Shown here: one piece after another, positions 52,301 to 64,000 of the stretch
How the letters are laid out: each line of letters starts with the position of its first letter
Position numbering within the stretch: position 1 is the stretch's first letter
Origin: Gammaproteobacteria bacterium
Lineage (GTDB): Bacteria; Pseudomonadota; Gammaproteobacteria; Arenicellales; Poriferihabitantaceae
DNA: 64,000 bases
Assembly: GCA_024644945.1 (NCBI GenBank)
Contig: JAHEGU010000008.1
Span: 4,868 to 68,867, forward strand
Direction: 5' to 3'
Notes under the pieces: generated by a model
What the model was told of the DNA's origin: nothing
Database searches by the model: none
The model's input: the letters and a program-made list of their open reading frames with translations, nothing else
Program-made: the position numbers and the translations under genes

Positions 52301-53540
52301 TGAACGCCACAAACTGCCTTACGGCGCCGTCTTATCGGTAAAAGAAGGCTCCAAAGTGAAGGTGGGTTCGGTGGTCGCTACCTGGGATCCCCATACTCAT
52401 CCAATTATTACTGAGGTGGCGGGAAAGGTTGTGTTTACCGACCTGATCGAAGGGGTCACGGTAAATGTGCAGACTGATGAAATTACCGGCCGCACAACTT
52501 ACGTTATCCTGGATCCACAGCGTCGACGCGGTAGTGCCCACGATATTAAACCGACCATTAGTCTGGTGAGCAAAGACGGTAAGCCGGTGAAAATTCCTGG
52601 TACCGATGTCGATGCACGTTATCAGCTTCCTCCGGACTCTATCGTGATGCTGGAAGATGGTCAGGAAGTCCATAATGGCGACGTCCTTGCACGAATACCG
52701 CAGGAGTCATCTAAGACGCGCGATATCACAGGCGGTTTGCCTAGAGTCGCGGAGCTTTTCGAAGCGCGTAAACCTAAGGAACCTGCGATATTGGCCGAAG
52801 CAACAGGTATTGTTTCTTTTGGTAAAGAGACAAAAAGCAAGCACCGTCTGGTTATTACGACTAAAGAAGGAGAGGTTTTTGACAATCTGATACCGAAAAC
52901 GCGTCGGATAAATGTATTCGAAGGCGAATTTGTAGAGCGGGGCGAAGTGGTTGTCGATGGCCCGCCATTGGCGAGCGATATCCTCGATTATCGTGGGGTT
53001 ACCAGTTTGGCCGATTATATTGTCAATGAGGTCCAGGATGTTTATCAGTTGCAGGGTGTAAAGATTAACGATAAGCATATCGAAGTGATCGTTCGTCAGA
53101 TGCTGCGCAAGGTTCGGATCAATGAGGTAGGCGATAGCACCTTCCTTCCGGGTGAACAGGTTGAGCGGTCGATGCTTCTGGACTACAACGACAATCTGGT
53201 TGCAGAGGGTAAACAGCCTGCTGGTTACGCTCCCGAGCTACTAGGTATCACCAAAGCTTCCTTGACTACTGAGTCGTTCATTTCGGCGGCCTCGTTCCAG
53301 GAAACCACCAGGGTGCTGACCAATGCGTCGGTCAACGGCAAAATTGACAATTTGCGTGGCCTGAAAGAGAACGTCATCGTGGGCCGATTGATTCCGGCCG
53401 GAACCGGGCTGGCGTTTCATGAAGACCGTAAACGAAACCGAATTGAAAGTCTTCAAAAAAATCAAGAACTTGAAGAGCTTCTCGGTTCGGTTGAAGGCGC
53501 TTCAGACGATGCCGTTGAGCTCGAAATCAGCGAAGCGTAA
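49332..53540 (+). CDS. rpoC: DNA-directed RNA polymerase subunit beta'
   Basis: 1402 aa. Zinc-binding N-terminus and the catalytic NADFDGD motif. Confidence 0.98.
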   Translation: MRDIFNLFKQNDTVEDFDAIRVSIASPEKIRSWSYGEVKKPETINYRTFRPERDGLFCAKLFGPVSDYECLCGKYKRLKHRGVICEKCGVEVTLSKVRRERMGHIELAAPCAHIWFLKSLPSRLGLLLDMTVREMERVLYFEAYVIIDPGATDFERGALLTEETYLDAIEKYGDAFEARMGADAIRSLLREIDLEVEEGLLREELAATKSETKIKKFTSRLKVIEAFLKSGNKPDWMIMDVLPVLPPDLRPLVPLEGGRFATSDLNDLYRRVINRNNRLKRLLDLNAPDLIVRNEKRMLQEAVDALLDNGRRGKAITGANKRQLKSISDMIKGKQGRFRQNLLGKRVDYSGRSVIVVGPTLKLHQCGLPKKMALELFKPFIFSKLELRGLATTIKQAKKMVEMESPEVWDILEEVIREHPVMLNRAPTLHRLGIQAFEPVLIEGKAIQLHPLVCTPYNADFDGDQMAVHVPLSIEAQLEARSLMMSTNNILSPANGEPIIVPSQDIILGLYYMTRESADAKGTGGYFSDLNELRRANDSGQAHLHARIKVRVPSVDESGEPTGEMHIIETTVGRALLSEILPKGLAFDLIDRPMKKKTISELINVCYRNAGLKESVIFADQLMYTGFRMAALAGISIGVDDMVIPASKDAMLGVAQKEVVEIQSQYTNGLLTDGERYNKVIDIWTRTSEQVADAMMSELGVDEVSNKEGKTVEQESFNSIYMMADSGARGSHAQIRQLAGMRGLMAKPDGSIIETPITANFREGLNVLQYFISTHGARKGLADTALKTANSGYLTRRLVDVCQDLVVTEEDCGTSNGLRREAQVQGGEVVVPLSDRILGRYTTEDIVDPASGDVIVSTDQMLDESLVKLVDQANLHEITVRSAVTCETRYGVCAKCYGRDLGRGHRINLGEAIGVIAAQSIGEPGTQLTMRTFHIGGAASGSAVTSQIELKNEGKISLRGVKLVENSDGNNVVVTRSSELVVQDEHGRDRERHKLPYGAVLSVKEGSKVKVGSVVATWDPHTHPIITEVAGKVVFTDLIEGVTVNVQTDEITGRTTYVILDPQRRRGSAHDIKPTISLVSKDGKPVKIPGTDVDARYQLPPDSIVMLEDGQEVHNGDVLARIPQESSKTRDITGGLPRVAELFEARKPKEPAILAEATGIVSFGKETKSKHRLVITTKEGEVFDNLIPKTRRINVFEGEFVERGEVVVDGPPLASDILDYRGVTSLADYIVNEVQDVYQLQGVKINDKHIEVIVRQMLRKVRINEVGDSTFLPGEQVERSMLLDYNDNLVAEGKQPAGYAPELLGITKASLTTESFISAASFQETTRVLTNASVNGKIDNLRGLKENVIVGRLIPAGTGLAFHEDRKRNRIESLQKNQELEELLGSVEGASDDAVELEISEA

Positions 53541-53561
53541 CGCCTTTGGTTTGATCAGGTT

Positions 53562-53586
53562 GCCGGCTCATCGAGTTTGAGCCGGT
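53562..53586 (+). terminator. hairpin after rpoC (weak or partial terminator)
   Basis: GCCGGCTCA - TCGAGTT - TGAGCCGGT. No U-run follows it. Confidence 0.3.
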
Positions 53587-53626
53587 AACCAATCTAAAGC
53601 CTTTAGTCAGACCCGGGAAAATAGCC

Positions 53627-53655
53627 TTGACAGGGGTGTCTCCGGGGCATAGAAT
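53627..53655 (+). promoter_or_regulatory. sigma-70 promoter of the str operon (rpsL-rpsG-fusA-tufA)
   Basis: Consensus -35 TTGACA, an exact 17-nt spacer, and -10 TAGAAT. It lies 180 nt upstream of rpsL. Confidence 0.55.
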
Positions 53656-53835
53656 CGCCGCCCTCGCAGGGGTCCTGAATGCTAAAAATCTGGCTGAAAT
53701 GCTGGGTTTGACCGCAAACGGCGAAATCCTCGCGCGATAAATCCCGAGCCAAGTTTGCGTTGTGATTGACGGCATCAATATGCCGCCAGGATCGGGGACG
53801 ATTTAGACAGTATTTTTAGCGGATTAGTTTAGCGA

Positions 53836-54210
53836 ATGCCCACAGTAAACCAGCTGGTCAGAAAACCACGCAAGAAACAGGTAAAGAAAACAAACGTACC
53901 TGCGCTTCAGGCGTGTCCCCAGAAGCGGGGAGTGTGCACTCGTGTTTATACCACTACTCCCAAGAAGCCGAATTCGGCGTTAAGGAAAGTTGCTCGTGTG
54001 CGACTGACCAACGGTTTTGAAGTCACCACCTATATTGGCGGTGAAGGCCATAACCTGCAGGAACACTCGGTGGTTCTGTTGCGTGGTGGCCGAGTAAAAG
54101 ACCTCCCAGGTGTTCGTTACCACACCGTTCGCGGTGCATTGGATACTTCAGGAGTGTCAGATCGGCGACAGGGCCGGTCAAAATATGGTGCCAAGCGACC
54201 CAAGTCGTAA
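53836..54210 (+). CDS. rpsL: 30S ribosomal protein S12
   Basis: 124 aa. [13 protein letters not shown]...[11 protein letters not shown]. Confidence 0.98.
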   Translation: MPTVNQLVRKPRKKQVKKTNVPALQACPQKRGVCTRVYTTTPKKPNSALRKVARVRLTNGFEVTTYIGGEGHNLQEHSVVLLRGGRVKDLPGVRYHTVRGALDTSGVSDRRQGRSKYGAKRPKS

Positions 54211-54496
54211 CGCGCCTCAATTTAATACCTACATTGGGCAGACGCCGTCGCCTTTTGTTTTGCAACTGGCGTAAACCTTAAACTCCCTGGAGTGAAGTCT
54301 TAATCAAGGGAGTTGGCGGTGGCGGACGATATGTTCGCACCGCGTATCAGACTGGAAGACTTCGAAAGGATGACTTCGGTGGCCTTGGGTCCGTTCCTCG
54401 CGAGCGGTATCAGGGGCGCCCTGGAATAACCCGTTCAGCTTTTGCCGCGAAAAAACTATGCGACAAGGGCGGAATTTTTATGCATTGATTAATTAA

Positions 54497-54979
<483 letters not shown>

Positions 54980-55005
54980 TCAATAAGGTCGTCAAAATAA
55001 GTCCC

Positions 55006-57096
<2,091 letters not shown>

Positions 57097-57148
57097 CCAG
57101 TAAATTTTAGTGAATACAGTAAACAACCTTTAGTTTGAGAGTTCGAAG

Positions 57149-58339
57149 ATGTCGAAAGAAAAATTTGAGAGAACGAAGCCGCACGTAAACGTTGGCACGA
57201 TAGGTCACGTAGACCATGGTAAGACGACTTTAACGGCGGCGATGACCAAGGTGCTGTCGACGAAGTATGGTGGATCGGCGAAAGATTTTGCTGACATTGA
57301 CAATGCGCCTGAAGAGCGAGAGCGCGGGATCACGATTGCGACGGCGCACGTAGAGTATGAGACGGAAGGTCGTCATTACGCGCACGTAGACTGCCCGGGC
57401 CACGCGGACTATGTGAAGAACATGATCACCGGAGCGGCGCAGATGGATGGTGCGATCCTGGTATGTTCAGCGGCGGACGGTCCGATGCCGCAGACCCGTG
57501 AGCACATACTGCTGGCGCGTCAGGTTGGAGTGCCGTACATCGTGGTGTTTATGAACAAGGCGGACATGGTCGACGACGAAGAGCTGTTGGAACTGGTAGA
57601 GATGGAAATACGGGAGCTTCTGGACAGTTATGAATTTCCGGGTGACGACACGCCGATTATTATTGGCTCAGCGCTGAAGGCACTGGAAGGCGACACGTCT
57701 GATATCGGGGAGGGGTCGATTATGAAGCTGGCTGAGGCGTTAGATAGTTACATTCCGGAGCCTGAGCGTGCGGTAGATGGAGATTTTCTGATGCCGGTAG
57801 AGGATGTGTTCTCGATATCTGGACGCGGTACGGTGGTCACGGGACGTATAGAGCGAGGCGTGATCAAGGTAGGCGAGGAGATCGAGATTGTAGGGGTCAA
57901 TGATACGACTAAGACCACGTGCACGGGGGTAGAGATGTTCCGCAAGCTTCTGGACGAAGGACAGGCGGGAGATAACGTAGGTATTCTGCTTCGAGGCACC
58001 AAGCGAGAGGAAGTGGAGCGCGGTCAGGTACTGGCGAAGCCGGGATCGATCACGCCGCACACTAAGTTTGAGGCAGAGGTATATATTTTGTCGAAGGAAG
58101 AGGGTGGACGCCACACGCCATTTTTCAATGGATATCGCCCACAGTTTTACTTCCGCACGACGGATGTGACGGGAGCCTGTGAGCTGCCTGGAGATATTGA
58201 GATGGTGATGCCTGGAGACAATGTGAAGATGACGGCGGAGTTGATTGCGCCGATAGCGATGGAAGAAGGTCTACGCTTTGCGATACGCGAGGGCGGTCGC
58301 ACTGTGGGTGCGGGCGTGGTGGCTAAGATTATCGCTTAA
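57149..58339 (+). CDS. tufA: elongation factor Tu (copy 2)
   Basis: 396 aa, identical to copy 1. Classical position after fusA. Confidence 0.97.
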   Translation: MSKEKFERTKPHVNVGTIGHVDHGKTTLTAAMTKVLSTKYGGSAKDFADIDNAPEERERGITIATAHVEYETEGRHYAHVDCPGHADYVKNMITGAAQMDGAILVCSAADGPMPQTREHILLARQVGVPYIVVFMNKADMVDDEELLELVEMEIRELLDSYEFPGDDTPIIIGSALKALEGDTSDIGEGSIMKLAEALDSYIPEPERAVDGDFLMPVEDVFSISGRGTVVTGRIERGVIKVGEEIEIVGVNDTTKTTCTGVEMFRKLLDEGQAGDNVGILLRGTKREEVERGQVLAKPGSITPHTKFEAEVYILSKEEGGRHTPFFNGYRPQFYFRTTDVTGACELPGDIEMVMPGDNVKMTAELIAPIAMEEGLRFAIREGGRTVGAGVVAKIIA

Positions 58340-58340
58340 C
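57149..58340 (+). repeat. 1.19-kb direct repeat (tuf copy 2), partner of 40156-41347
   Basis: See copy 1. The offset between the two copies is 16993 bp. Confidence 0.85.
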
Positions 58341-58396
58341 GACCAAGTACTGAATAGTGGTTGGCTTTATAAACCTGTTATCAAGAGATTAAATCC

Positions 58397-58714
58397 GTGA
58401 AGGTCGAGAACCAGAAAATCCGCATTAGCTTGAAAGCTTTTGATCACAAGATGATCGATCGCTCAGCGTTGGAAATAGTCGATACTGCTCGCCGAACTGG
58501 CGCCATGGTAATGGGACCGATTCCATTGCCGACAAAGATCGAAAAGTACACGTTGCTTCGGTCGCCGCACGTAAATAAGAAGGCACGCGACCAGTTTGAG
58601 ATTCGCACCCACAAGCGGATTCTGGATATTGTCGAACCAACGGATAAAACCGTAGATGCGCTGATGAAGCTGGATCTGGCGGCGGGCGTGGACGTTGAAA
58701 TTAAACTTAACTAA
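58397..58714 (+). CDS. rpsJ: 30S ribosomal protein S10
   Basis: 105 aa with a GTG start. [18 protein letters not shown]. Confidence 0.95.
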   Translation: MKVENQKIRISLKAFDHKMIDRSALEIVDTARRTGAMVMGPIPLPTKIEKYTLLRSPHVNKKARDQFEIRTHKRILDIVEPTDKTVDALMKLDLAAGVDVEIKLN

Positions 58715-58732
58715 TTGTCGGGACGCAGAATA

Positions 58733-59377
58733 ATGTCGATCGGATTGGTAGGAAAAAAAGTCGGGATGACCCGGGTGTTCTCTGAGGACGGGGTATCTAC
58801 GTCGGTCACTGTGATCGAGGTTAGCCCGAACCGTGTTTCTCAGGTGCGCACCAAGGAGTCGGATGGCTATGATGCGCTGCAAGTGACTGTGGGCGAACGC
58901 CGGGCAAATCGTGTCACCAAGGCGATGAAAGGCCATTTCGCGAAAGCTGGGGTTGAGCCCGGTCGCGGTGTTTGGGAGTTTCGGATAGATGCTCCGGTTG
59001 AAAATGAAGTCGGTTCTGACCTCACTGTGGATTTGTTCGAAGCGGGCCAGAAGGTCGATGTGAGCGGACAATCCATAGGTAAAGGATTTGCCGGAGTAAT
59101 CAAACGACATAATTTTAGCGGTGGCCGCGCGACTCACGGTAACTCTAAAGCACATCGACTACCTGGCTCAATCGGTCAGAATCAGGACCCTGGAAAGGTA
59201 TTTAAGGGTAAAAAAATGGCAGGTCATATGGGTGCGCGACAGCGTGTCCAACAAAACCTGGAAGTGGTTCGAGTTGATAGCGAGCGCAACCTGCTGCTGG
59301 TTAGTGGATCAATTCCAGGGTCTAAAGGCGCTGATGTTGTCATCCGTCCCGCGATCAAGGCCGTGAGCCAACACTGA
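58733..59377 (+). CDS. rplC: 50S ribosomal protein L3
   Basis: 214 aa from [16 protein letters not shown]. The track start at 58715 is trimmed. Confidence 0.95.
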   Translation: MSIGLVGKKVGMTRVFSEDGVSTSVTVIEVSPNRVSQVRTKESDGYDALQVTVGERRANRVTKAMKGHFAKAGVEPGRGVWEFRIDAPVENEVGSDLTVDLFEAGQKVDVSGQSIGKGFAGVIKRHNFSGGRATHGNSKAHRLPGSIGQNQDPGKVFKGKKMAGHMGARQRVQQNLEVVRVDSERNLLLVSGSIPGSKGADVVIRPAIKAVSQH

Positions 59378-59402
59378 AAAATTATATAGAGAGACTTAAT
59401 TC

Positions 59403-60023
59403 ATGTCTGTTCAACTAGCGATCAACAAGTCAGGCGGTGGCCAGTCCGGCACTCTGGACCTGTCTGATGCGTTCGGCGCCGCATACAACGAAGCGCTGAT
59501 TCACCAGGTGGTTACTGCCTACCAGGCAGGCGCTCGTGCTGGTACCAGAGCCCAGAAAAACCGTGCCTCGGTGGCAGGTGGTGGAGCTAAGCCATGGCGT
59601 CAGAAAGGTACTGGTCGCGCACGTGCAGGAACGATAACCAGCCCGATTTTTCGAGGTGGCGGACGTGCGTTTCCCGCTTCAACTAGAGACTATTCGCAGA
59701 AAGTTAATCGAAAAATGTACCGGGCCGCAATGCGTTCAATCCTCTCTGAGTTGAATCGCCAGGAGCGCCTGGTTGTGGTTGACGACTTATCGATGGATGC
59801 ACCTAAGACCGGAGCGTTGGTGAAAACTCTGGCTGCGCTGGAGGCTGGTAAAGCATTGGTAGTGTTGGCCGAAGACAATGCAAACATCGAGCTGTCGGCG
59901 CGAAACCTGAATACGGTTGCAGTATGCAACAGCCACGAAATCGATCCCGTTAGCCTGCTTAGCTTCGACAAGATTGTGGTTACTGTTGATGCAGTCAAGA
60001 ACATTGACGAGGCACTGAAATGA
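59403..60023 (+). CDS. rplD: 50S ribosomal protein L4
   Basis: 206 aa. [14 protein letters not shown] motif. Confidence 0.95.
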   Translation: MSVQLAINKSGGGQSGTLDLSDAFGAAYNEALIHQVVTAYQAGARAGTRAQKNRASVAGGGAKPWRQKGTGRARAGTITSPIFRGGGRAFPASTRDYSQKVNRKMYRAAMRSILSELNRQERLVVVDDLSMDAPKTGALVKTLAALEAGKALVVLAEDNANIELSARNLNTVAVCNSHEIDPVSLLSFDKIVVTVDAVKNIDEALK

Positions 60024-60340
60024 GCGCAGCGACAGCAGCAAAAGACGAGCGTATCTATCAGGTAATCCTGCGCCCGGTGATCTCCGAGAAGTCTACCGTT
60101 GCCGCGGATAAGCACCACCAGATCGTATTTGCAGTGTTGCCTGATGCGACCAAGCATGAGATCAGGGACGCGGTGGAGAAACTATTTGAGGTTAAAGTTG
60201 ACCAGGTCCAGGTGGTCAACGTGCGCGGAAAAGTTAAACGATTTGGCCGTTCTCCAGGAAAGCGGAGTAACTGGAAAAAAGCATATGTGAGGCTGCAGGA
60301 AGGACACGATATCGACTTCCTTGGTCTGGCTGGAGCTTGA
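60020..60340 (+). CDS. rplW: 50S ribosomal protein L23
   Basis: 106 aa. ATGA overlap with rplD and the conserved S10-operon order. Confidence 0.93.
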   Translation: MSAATAAKDERIYQVILRPVISEKSTVAADKHHQIVFAVLPDATKHEIRDAVEKLFEVKVDQVQVVNVRGKVKRFGRSPGKRSNWKKAYVRLQEGHDIDFLGLAGA

Positions 60341-60392
60341 TACCCGGTACGAGATTGAAAGCCTAGTTTGAAAATATTACCAGAGTAGATAG

Positions 60393-61217
60393 ATGGCATT
60401 AGCAAAACAGAAACCAGTCACACCAGGCCGACGAGGTATGGTGAAAGTGGTGACTTCGGACTTGCACAAAGGCAAGCCCTACAGTCCACTGTTGGAAGCA
60501 AAGAAGGCGACCAGCGGTCGCAATAACGAAGGTCGAATTACCGTTCGACACCGTGGTGGTGGCCACAAACGCCACTACCGTATGGTTGATTTCAAGCGCG
60601 ATAAGGATGGTGTTCCTGCAATCGTGAAGCATATTGAATATGATCCCAACAGAAGCGCGCACATAGCGCTGCTGTTATATCGAGATGGTGAGCATCGCTA
60701 CATCATCTCTCCGCGCGGGATCAAATCTGGCGATCCTATTATGTCCGGATCGGGCGCACCTTACGGCAACGGTAACGCGATGCCATTGCGCAATATTCCA
60801 GTGGGTACCATTGTGCATTGTGTTGAATTGAAGCCCGGTAAAGGTGCGCAATTAGCCCGTTCGGCTGGTTCATCGGTACAGTTTATCGGTAAGGAAGGCG
60901 CCTATGCGCAGCTCAGACTAAGGTCGGGCGAAATGCGTAAAGTGTTGCTCGATTGTCGCGCCACAATCGGTCAGGTGGGAAATTCTGAGCACAGTCTCAA
61001 GAAGCTTGGAAAAGCTGGCGCCAAACGCTGGCGTGGAATCCGCCCAACAGTACGCGGTGTGGCGATGAATCCGGTAGATCACCCTCATGGTGGTGGTGAA
61101 GGTCGCACCTCTGGCGGACGCCATCCGGTTTCTCCCTGGGGCGTGCCTACCAAGGGCTATCGCACACGTTCCAATAAGCGCACTTCTTCAATGATAATTC
61201 GTAGAAGGAAAAAATAA
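60393..61217 (+). CDS. rplB: 50S ribosomal protein L2
   Basis: 274 aa. RHRGGGHKR and [13 protein letters not shown] motifs. Confidence 0.97.
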   Translation: MALAKQKPVTPGRRGMVKVVTSDLHKGKPYSPLLEAKKATSGRNNEGRITVRHRGGGHKRHYRMVDFKRDKDGVPAIVKHIEYDPNRSAHIALLLYRDGEHRYIISPRGIKSGDPIMSGSGAPYGNGNAMPLRNIPVGTIVHCVELKPGKGAQLARSAGSSVQFIGKEGAYAQLRLRSGEMRKVLLDCRATIGQVGNSEHSLKKLGKAGAKRWRGIRPTVRGVAMNPVDHPHGGGEGRTSGGRHPVSPWGVPTKGYRTRSNKRTSSMIIRRRKK

Positions 61218-61219
61218 CT

Positions 61220-61492
61220 ATGCCACGTTCAATTAAAAAAGGTCCATTTGTAGACCACCATCTCTGGAGCAAGGTTGAAAAAGCCAGGGAAGAAAATTCA
61301 CGTAAACCTATTAAGACCTGGTCTCGGCGCTCAATGATCATGCCTGAGTTTGTAGGCCTGACTATTGCAATTCATAACGGTCGCCAGCACATGCCAATTC
61401 TGATCAATGAAAACATGGTCGGACACAAGCTGGGCGAATTTGCTCCTACGAGAACTTATCGTGGTCACACTGCCGGGAGAAAGGCCAAGTAA
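61220..61492 (+). CDS. rpsS: 30S ribosomal protein S19
   Basis: 90 aa. [15 protein letters not shown]. Confidence 0.97.
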   Translation: MPRSIKKGPFVDHHLWSKVEKAREENSRKPIKTWSRRSMIMPEFVGLTIAIHNGRQHMPILINENMVGHKLGEFAPTRTYRGHTAGRKAK

Positions 61493-61494
61493 TC

Positions 61495-61845
61495 ATGCAA
61501 GCTAAATCCATATCGAAATACGTCAGGCTGTCGCCACAAAAATGCCGGTTGGTGGTGGATCAGATTCGTTGCTTACCCGTGGAAAAGGCGCTGGAAGTCC
61601 TTCAGTTCAGCAACAAGAAAGGTGCGTTACCGGTACGTAAGACCCTCGATTCGGCGATTGCCAATGCCGAGCATAACGAAGGAGCCGACATCGACGAGCT
61701 GTGGATCAATCAAATCATGGTTGACGAAGCGCCGACTATGAAGCGTTACCGCGCGCGCGCCAAAGGCCGTGGCACAAAAATCCTGAAACGAAGTTGTCAT
61801 ATCACCGTTAGCGTGAGTGATGAGACGCAACCCAAGCGGAGATAA
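61495..61845 (+). CDS. rplV: 50S ribosomal protein L22
   Basis: 116 aa. Operon position and recognisable L22 sequence. Confidence 0.95.
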   Translation: MQAKSISKYVRLSPQKCRLVVDQIRCLPVEKALEVLQFSNKKGALPVRKTLDSAIANAEHNEGADIDELWINQIMVDEAPTMKRYRARAKGRGTKILKRSCHITVSVSDETQPKRR

Positions 61846-61849
61846 CAAG

Positions 61850-62524
61850 ATGGGACAAAAAGTACATCCTAATGGTATGCGCCTCGGTATATCCAAAGAT
61901 TGGAATACCAAGTGGTACGCACCGAGTAAAGACTATGCCGCGATGCTGGCGAGTGATCTAAAGCTGCGTAAATATGTAACTAAACGCCTGTCTAATGCCG
62001 CAGTAAGCAAAATAACCATTGATCGGCCAGCGCAAAATCTGAATATCACCATATTTACTGCGCGACCGGGTATCGTGATTGGTAAGAAAGGCGAGGATAT
62101 CGAGCGCCTGCGCGCTGATCTGAGCAGAATTAACGGATCCCCGGTACAGGTGGCGGTTGAAGAAATTCGCAAACCCGAACTGGATGCCAAGCTGGTGGCG
62201 GAGAATATTTGTCAGCAGCTCGAGAAACGAATCATGTTCCGTCGCGCAATGAAGCGCGCAGTGCAGAATTCCATGAGGTTAGGTGCCGAAGGTGTCAAGG
62301 TCATGTTGGCCGGCCGGCTCAATGGCGCCGAGATTGCGCGCACGGAATGGTATCGCGAAGGTCGTGTGCCATTGCATACCTTGCGTGCCGATATTGACTA
62401 CGGTGTGCACGAGGCACAAACAACCTACGGAATTATTGGTGTCAAGGTGTGGATCTTCAAAGGCGAGGTTTTTGAGCAGGAGTCGCCTGCTGAAGCTTCG
62501 GATCAGAAAATCGAGGCAGCCTAA
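61850..62524 (+). CDS. rpsC: 30S ribosomal protein S3
   Basis: 224 aa from [13 protein letters not shown]. The track start at 61817 overlaps rplV and is trimmed. Confidence 0.95.
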   Translation: MGQKVHPNGMRLGISKDWNTKWYAPSKDYAAMLASDLKLRKYVTKRLSNAAVSKITIDRPAQNLNITIFTARPGIVIGKKGEDIERLRADLSRINGSPVQVAVEEIRKPELDAKLVAENICQQLEKRIMFRRAMKRAVQNSMRLGAEGVKVMLAGRLNGAEIARTEWYREGRVPLHTLRADIDYGVHEAQTTYGIIGVKVWIFKGEVFEQESPAEASDQKIEAA

Positions 62525-62541
62525 GGCGAGGTTAGTAAATA

Positions 62542-62955
62542 ATGCTTCAACCGAAACGTACAAAATTCCGTAAACAGCAAAAAGGGCGCAATCGAGGCCT
62601 GGCTACACGCGGCGCCAGAGTGAGCTTTGGAGAGTTTGGACTTCAATCCTCAGACCGTGGCCGACTGACCGCACGCCAGATTGAAGCCGCTAGACGCGCG
62701 ATCACCCGACACGTTAAACGTGGCGGCAGGATATGGATTAGGGTTTTCCCGGATAAGCCGGTATCAAAGAAACCACTGGAAGTCCGGATGGGTAAAGGTA
62801 AAGGTAATCCCGAGTACTGGGTGGCCCTGGTGAAGCCGGGAACCATGCTTTATGAGATCGAGGGTGTAACTGAAGAATTGGCGCGAGAAGCTTTCAGGCT
62901 GGCCGGTGCCAAATTACCAATTCAAACAACATTTGCTAAACGTCAGGTAGGTTAA
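62542..62955 (+). CDS. rplP: 50S ribosomal protein L16
   Basis: 137 aa. [16 protein letters not shown]. Confidence 0.97.
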   Translation: MLQPKRTKFRKQQKGRNRGLATRGARVSFGEFGLQSSDRGRLTARQIEAARRAITRHVKRGGRIWIRVFPDKPVSKKPLEVRMGKGKGNPEYWVALVKPGTMLYEIEGVTEELAREAFRLAGAKLPIQTTFAKRQVG

Positions 62956-63146
62956 TGAACGCCACTGAGCTCAGAGCCAAGAATGTGGAACAACTGAAGG
63001 AAGAGTTAACTAACCTTCGTCAAGAGCAATTTAATCTGCGTATGCAGAGGGGCGCGGGGCAGCTTGCCAATCCGTCCCGATTCGGCATCGTCAGAAAAGA
63101 AATTGCACGAATAAAGACTGTATTGACTGAGAAGGCCGGAAACTAA
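62955..63146 (+). CDS. rpmC: 50S ribosomal protein L29
   Basis: 63 aa. Operon position and typical L29 sequence. Confidence 0.93.
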   Translation: MNATELRAKNVEQLKEELTNLRQEQFNLRMQRGAGQLANPSRFGIVRKEIARIKTVLTEKAGN

Positions 63147-63148
63147 CA

Positions 63149-63415
63149 ATGACTGCACAAACTACAGATAAATCCGCGCGATCGCTGCAAGGCAGCGTTG
63201 TCAGTGCCGCGATGGACAAGACCATAACGGTGATGGTGGAACGTCAGGTCAAGCATCCACTGTATAAAAAATATATTCGTCGCTCAACTAAATTTCATGC
63301 TCATGATGAAAAGAACGAGTGTGGCGCTGGCGATGTTGTGAAGATAGAAGCGTGCCGCCCGATTTCCAAGCAAAAAAGCTGGCGTCTGGTGGAAGTTGTA
63401 ACCAAGGCCGTTTAG
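63149..63415 (+). CDS. rpsQ: 30S ribosomal protein S17
   Basis: 88 aa. [18 protein letters not shown]...KFHAHDE. Confidence 0.95.
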   Translation: MTAQTTDKSARSLQGSVVSAAMDKTITVMVERQVKHPLYKKYIRRSTKFHAHDEKNECGAGDVVKIEACRPISKQKSWRLVEVVTKAV

Positions 63416-63425
63416 AGGCAATACC

Positions 63426-63794
63426 ATGATCCAGATGCAATCAATGCTTTCCGTCGCGGATAACAGCGGTGCCAAGCGAGTCCAGTGCATTAAGGTGCTG
63501 GGTGGGTCGAAGCGCCGTTATGCCGGGATTGGCGACATTATCAAGATTTCTATCAAAGAAGCGCTACCCAACAGTCGGGTCAAGAAGGGTGATGTATACA
63601 ACGCGGTGATTGTTCGTACCCGAAGTGGCGTGCGTCGCCCGGATGGATCCTTGATCCGATTCGATCGCAACGCCGCGGTGTTGTTGAATCAAAATCACCA
63701 GCCAATTGGAACTCGAATATTCGGTCCAGTGACTCGTGAACTGCGCTCCGAAAAGTTTATGCGAATTATCTCGCTGGCGCCGGAAGTACTTTAG
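63426..63794 (+). CDS. rplN: 50S ribosomal protein L14
   Basis: 122 aa. [17 protein letters not shown]. Confidence 0.97.
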   Translation: MIQMQSMLSVADNSGAKRVQCIKVLGGSKRRYAGIGDIIKISIKEALPNSRVKKGDVYNAVIVRTRSGVRRPDGSLIRFDRNAAVLLNQNHQPIGTRIFGPVTRELRSEKFMRIISLAPEVL

Positions 63795-63843
63795 GGTGCT
63801 GTCGATCAGCGAAGAAATTGAGAATTAGTTAAGACATAGAAAC

Positions 63844-64000
63844 ATGCAACGAATCAAGAAAGGCGACGATGTTATTGTGATTGCCGGACGGGACAAAGGA
63901 AAACGGGGCAATGTGCTGCGCGTTCTCGATGATACCCGGGCGCTGGTTGATAACGTCAATGTTGTTAAGAAACACAAGCGCGGTAATCCCAATACCGGTG
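63844..64000 (+). CDS. rplX: 50S ribosomal protein L24, N-terminal part (3' end outside window)
   Basis: ATG at 63844 opens [27 protein letters not shown] (KOW motif). The ORF runs off the window. Confidence 0.9.
   Translation, partial: MQRIKKGDDVIVIAGRDKGKRGNVLRVLDDTRALVDNVNVVKKHKRGNPNTG

Noticed and set aside
54331-54432. 33-codon ATG ORF in the rpsL-rpsG spacer.
   Set aside because: It has no Shine-Dalgarno sequence and lies within predicted RNA structure. It is more likely non-coding.

Overview
This window is core genome from a gammaproteobacterium of roughly 50% GC (by eye). Its gene order matches Pseudomonas and marine Cellvibrionales/Oceanospirillales-type genomes.

First half (1-38.9 kb), housekeeping genes on both strands:
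- purL (5' truncated by the window edge), ETF-ubiquinone oxidoreductase, argD, fpr, nudC, typA, argB, metK-ahcY, a ROK sugar kinase, cfa, ppiC and polA.
- A LOG-family protein, an OmpR-type response regulator with a large periplasmic-sensor histidine kinase, uvrD, and a class-III aminotransferase.
- A multi-zinc-ribbon protein, a molybdopterin oxidoreductase, ilvD, ispG, and birA-coaX followed by a SPOR-domain gene.

Second half (39-64 kb), the classical translation/transcription supercluster on the + strand:
- tRNA(Thr-Tyr-Gly-Thr)-tufB-tRNA(Trp)-secE-nusG-rplKAJL-rpoBC-rpsLG-fusA-tufA.
- The S10 operon, running to rplX, which is truncated at the 3' edge.

I saw no transposase, integrase, CRISPR array, prophage or defence-island signature.

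The stand-out observation is that the first tRNA of the tufB operon, tRNA-Thr(UGU), is split in its anticodon loop by a 316-nt ORF-less insert. The insert obeys group I splice-site rules, and its core closely resembles the IC3 tRNA introns of Azoarcus and cyanobacteria.

Secondary observations:
- A cluster of CsrA/RsmA-type GGA hairpins on the minus strand of an ORF-free 365-bp spacer. One is an 11/12 match to the SELEX consensus.
- Two apparently base-identical tuf copies 17 kb apart, with strikingly atypical codon usage (ACG for Thr, ATA for Ile).
- An unusually long, structured rpsL-rpsG spacer.
- A 20-bp perfect palindrome at the cfa/ROK-kinase junction.
- Several short direct repeats in promoter regions.

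All family assignments are from reading the translations and motifs by eye. No database search was run.
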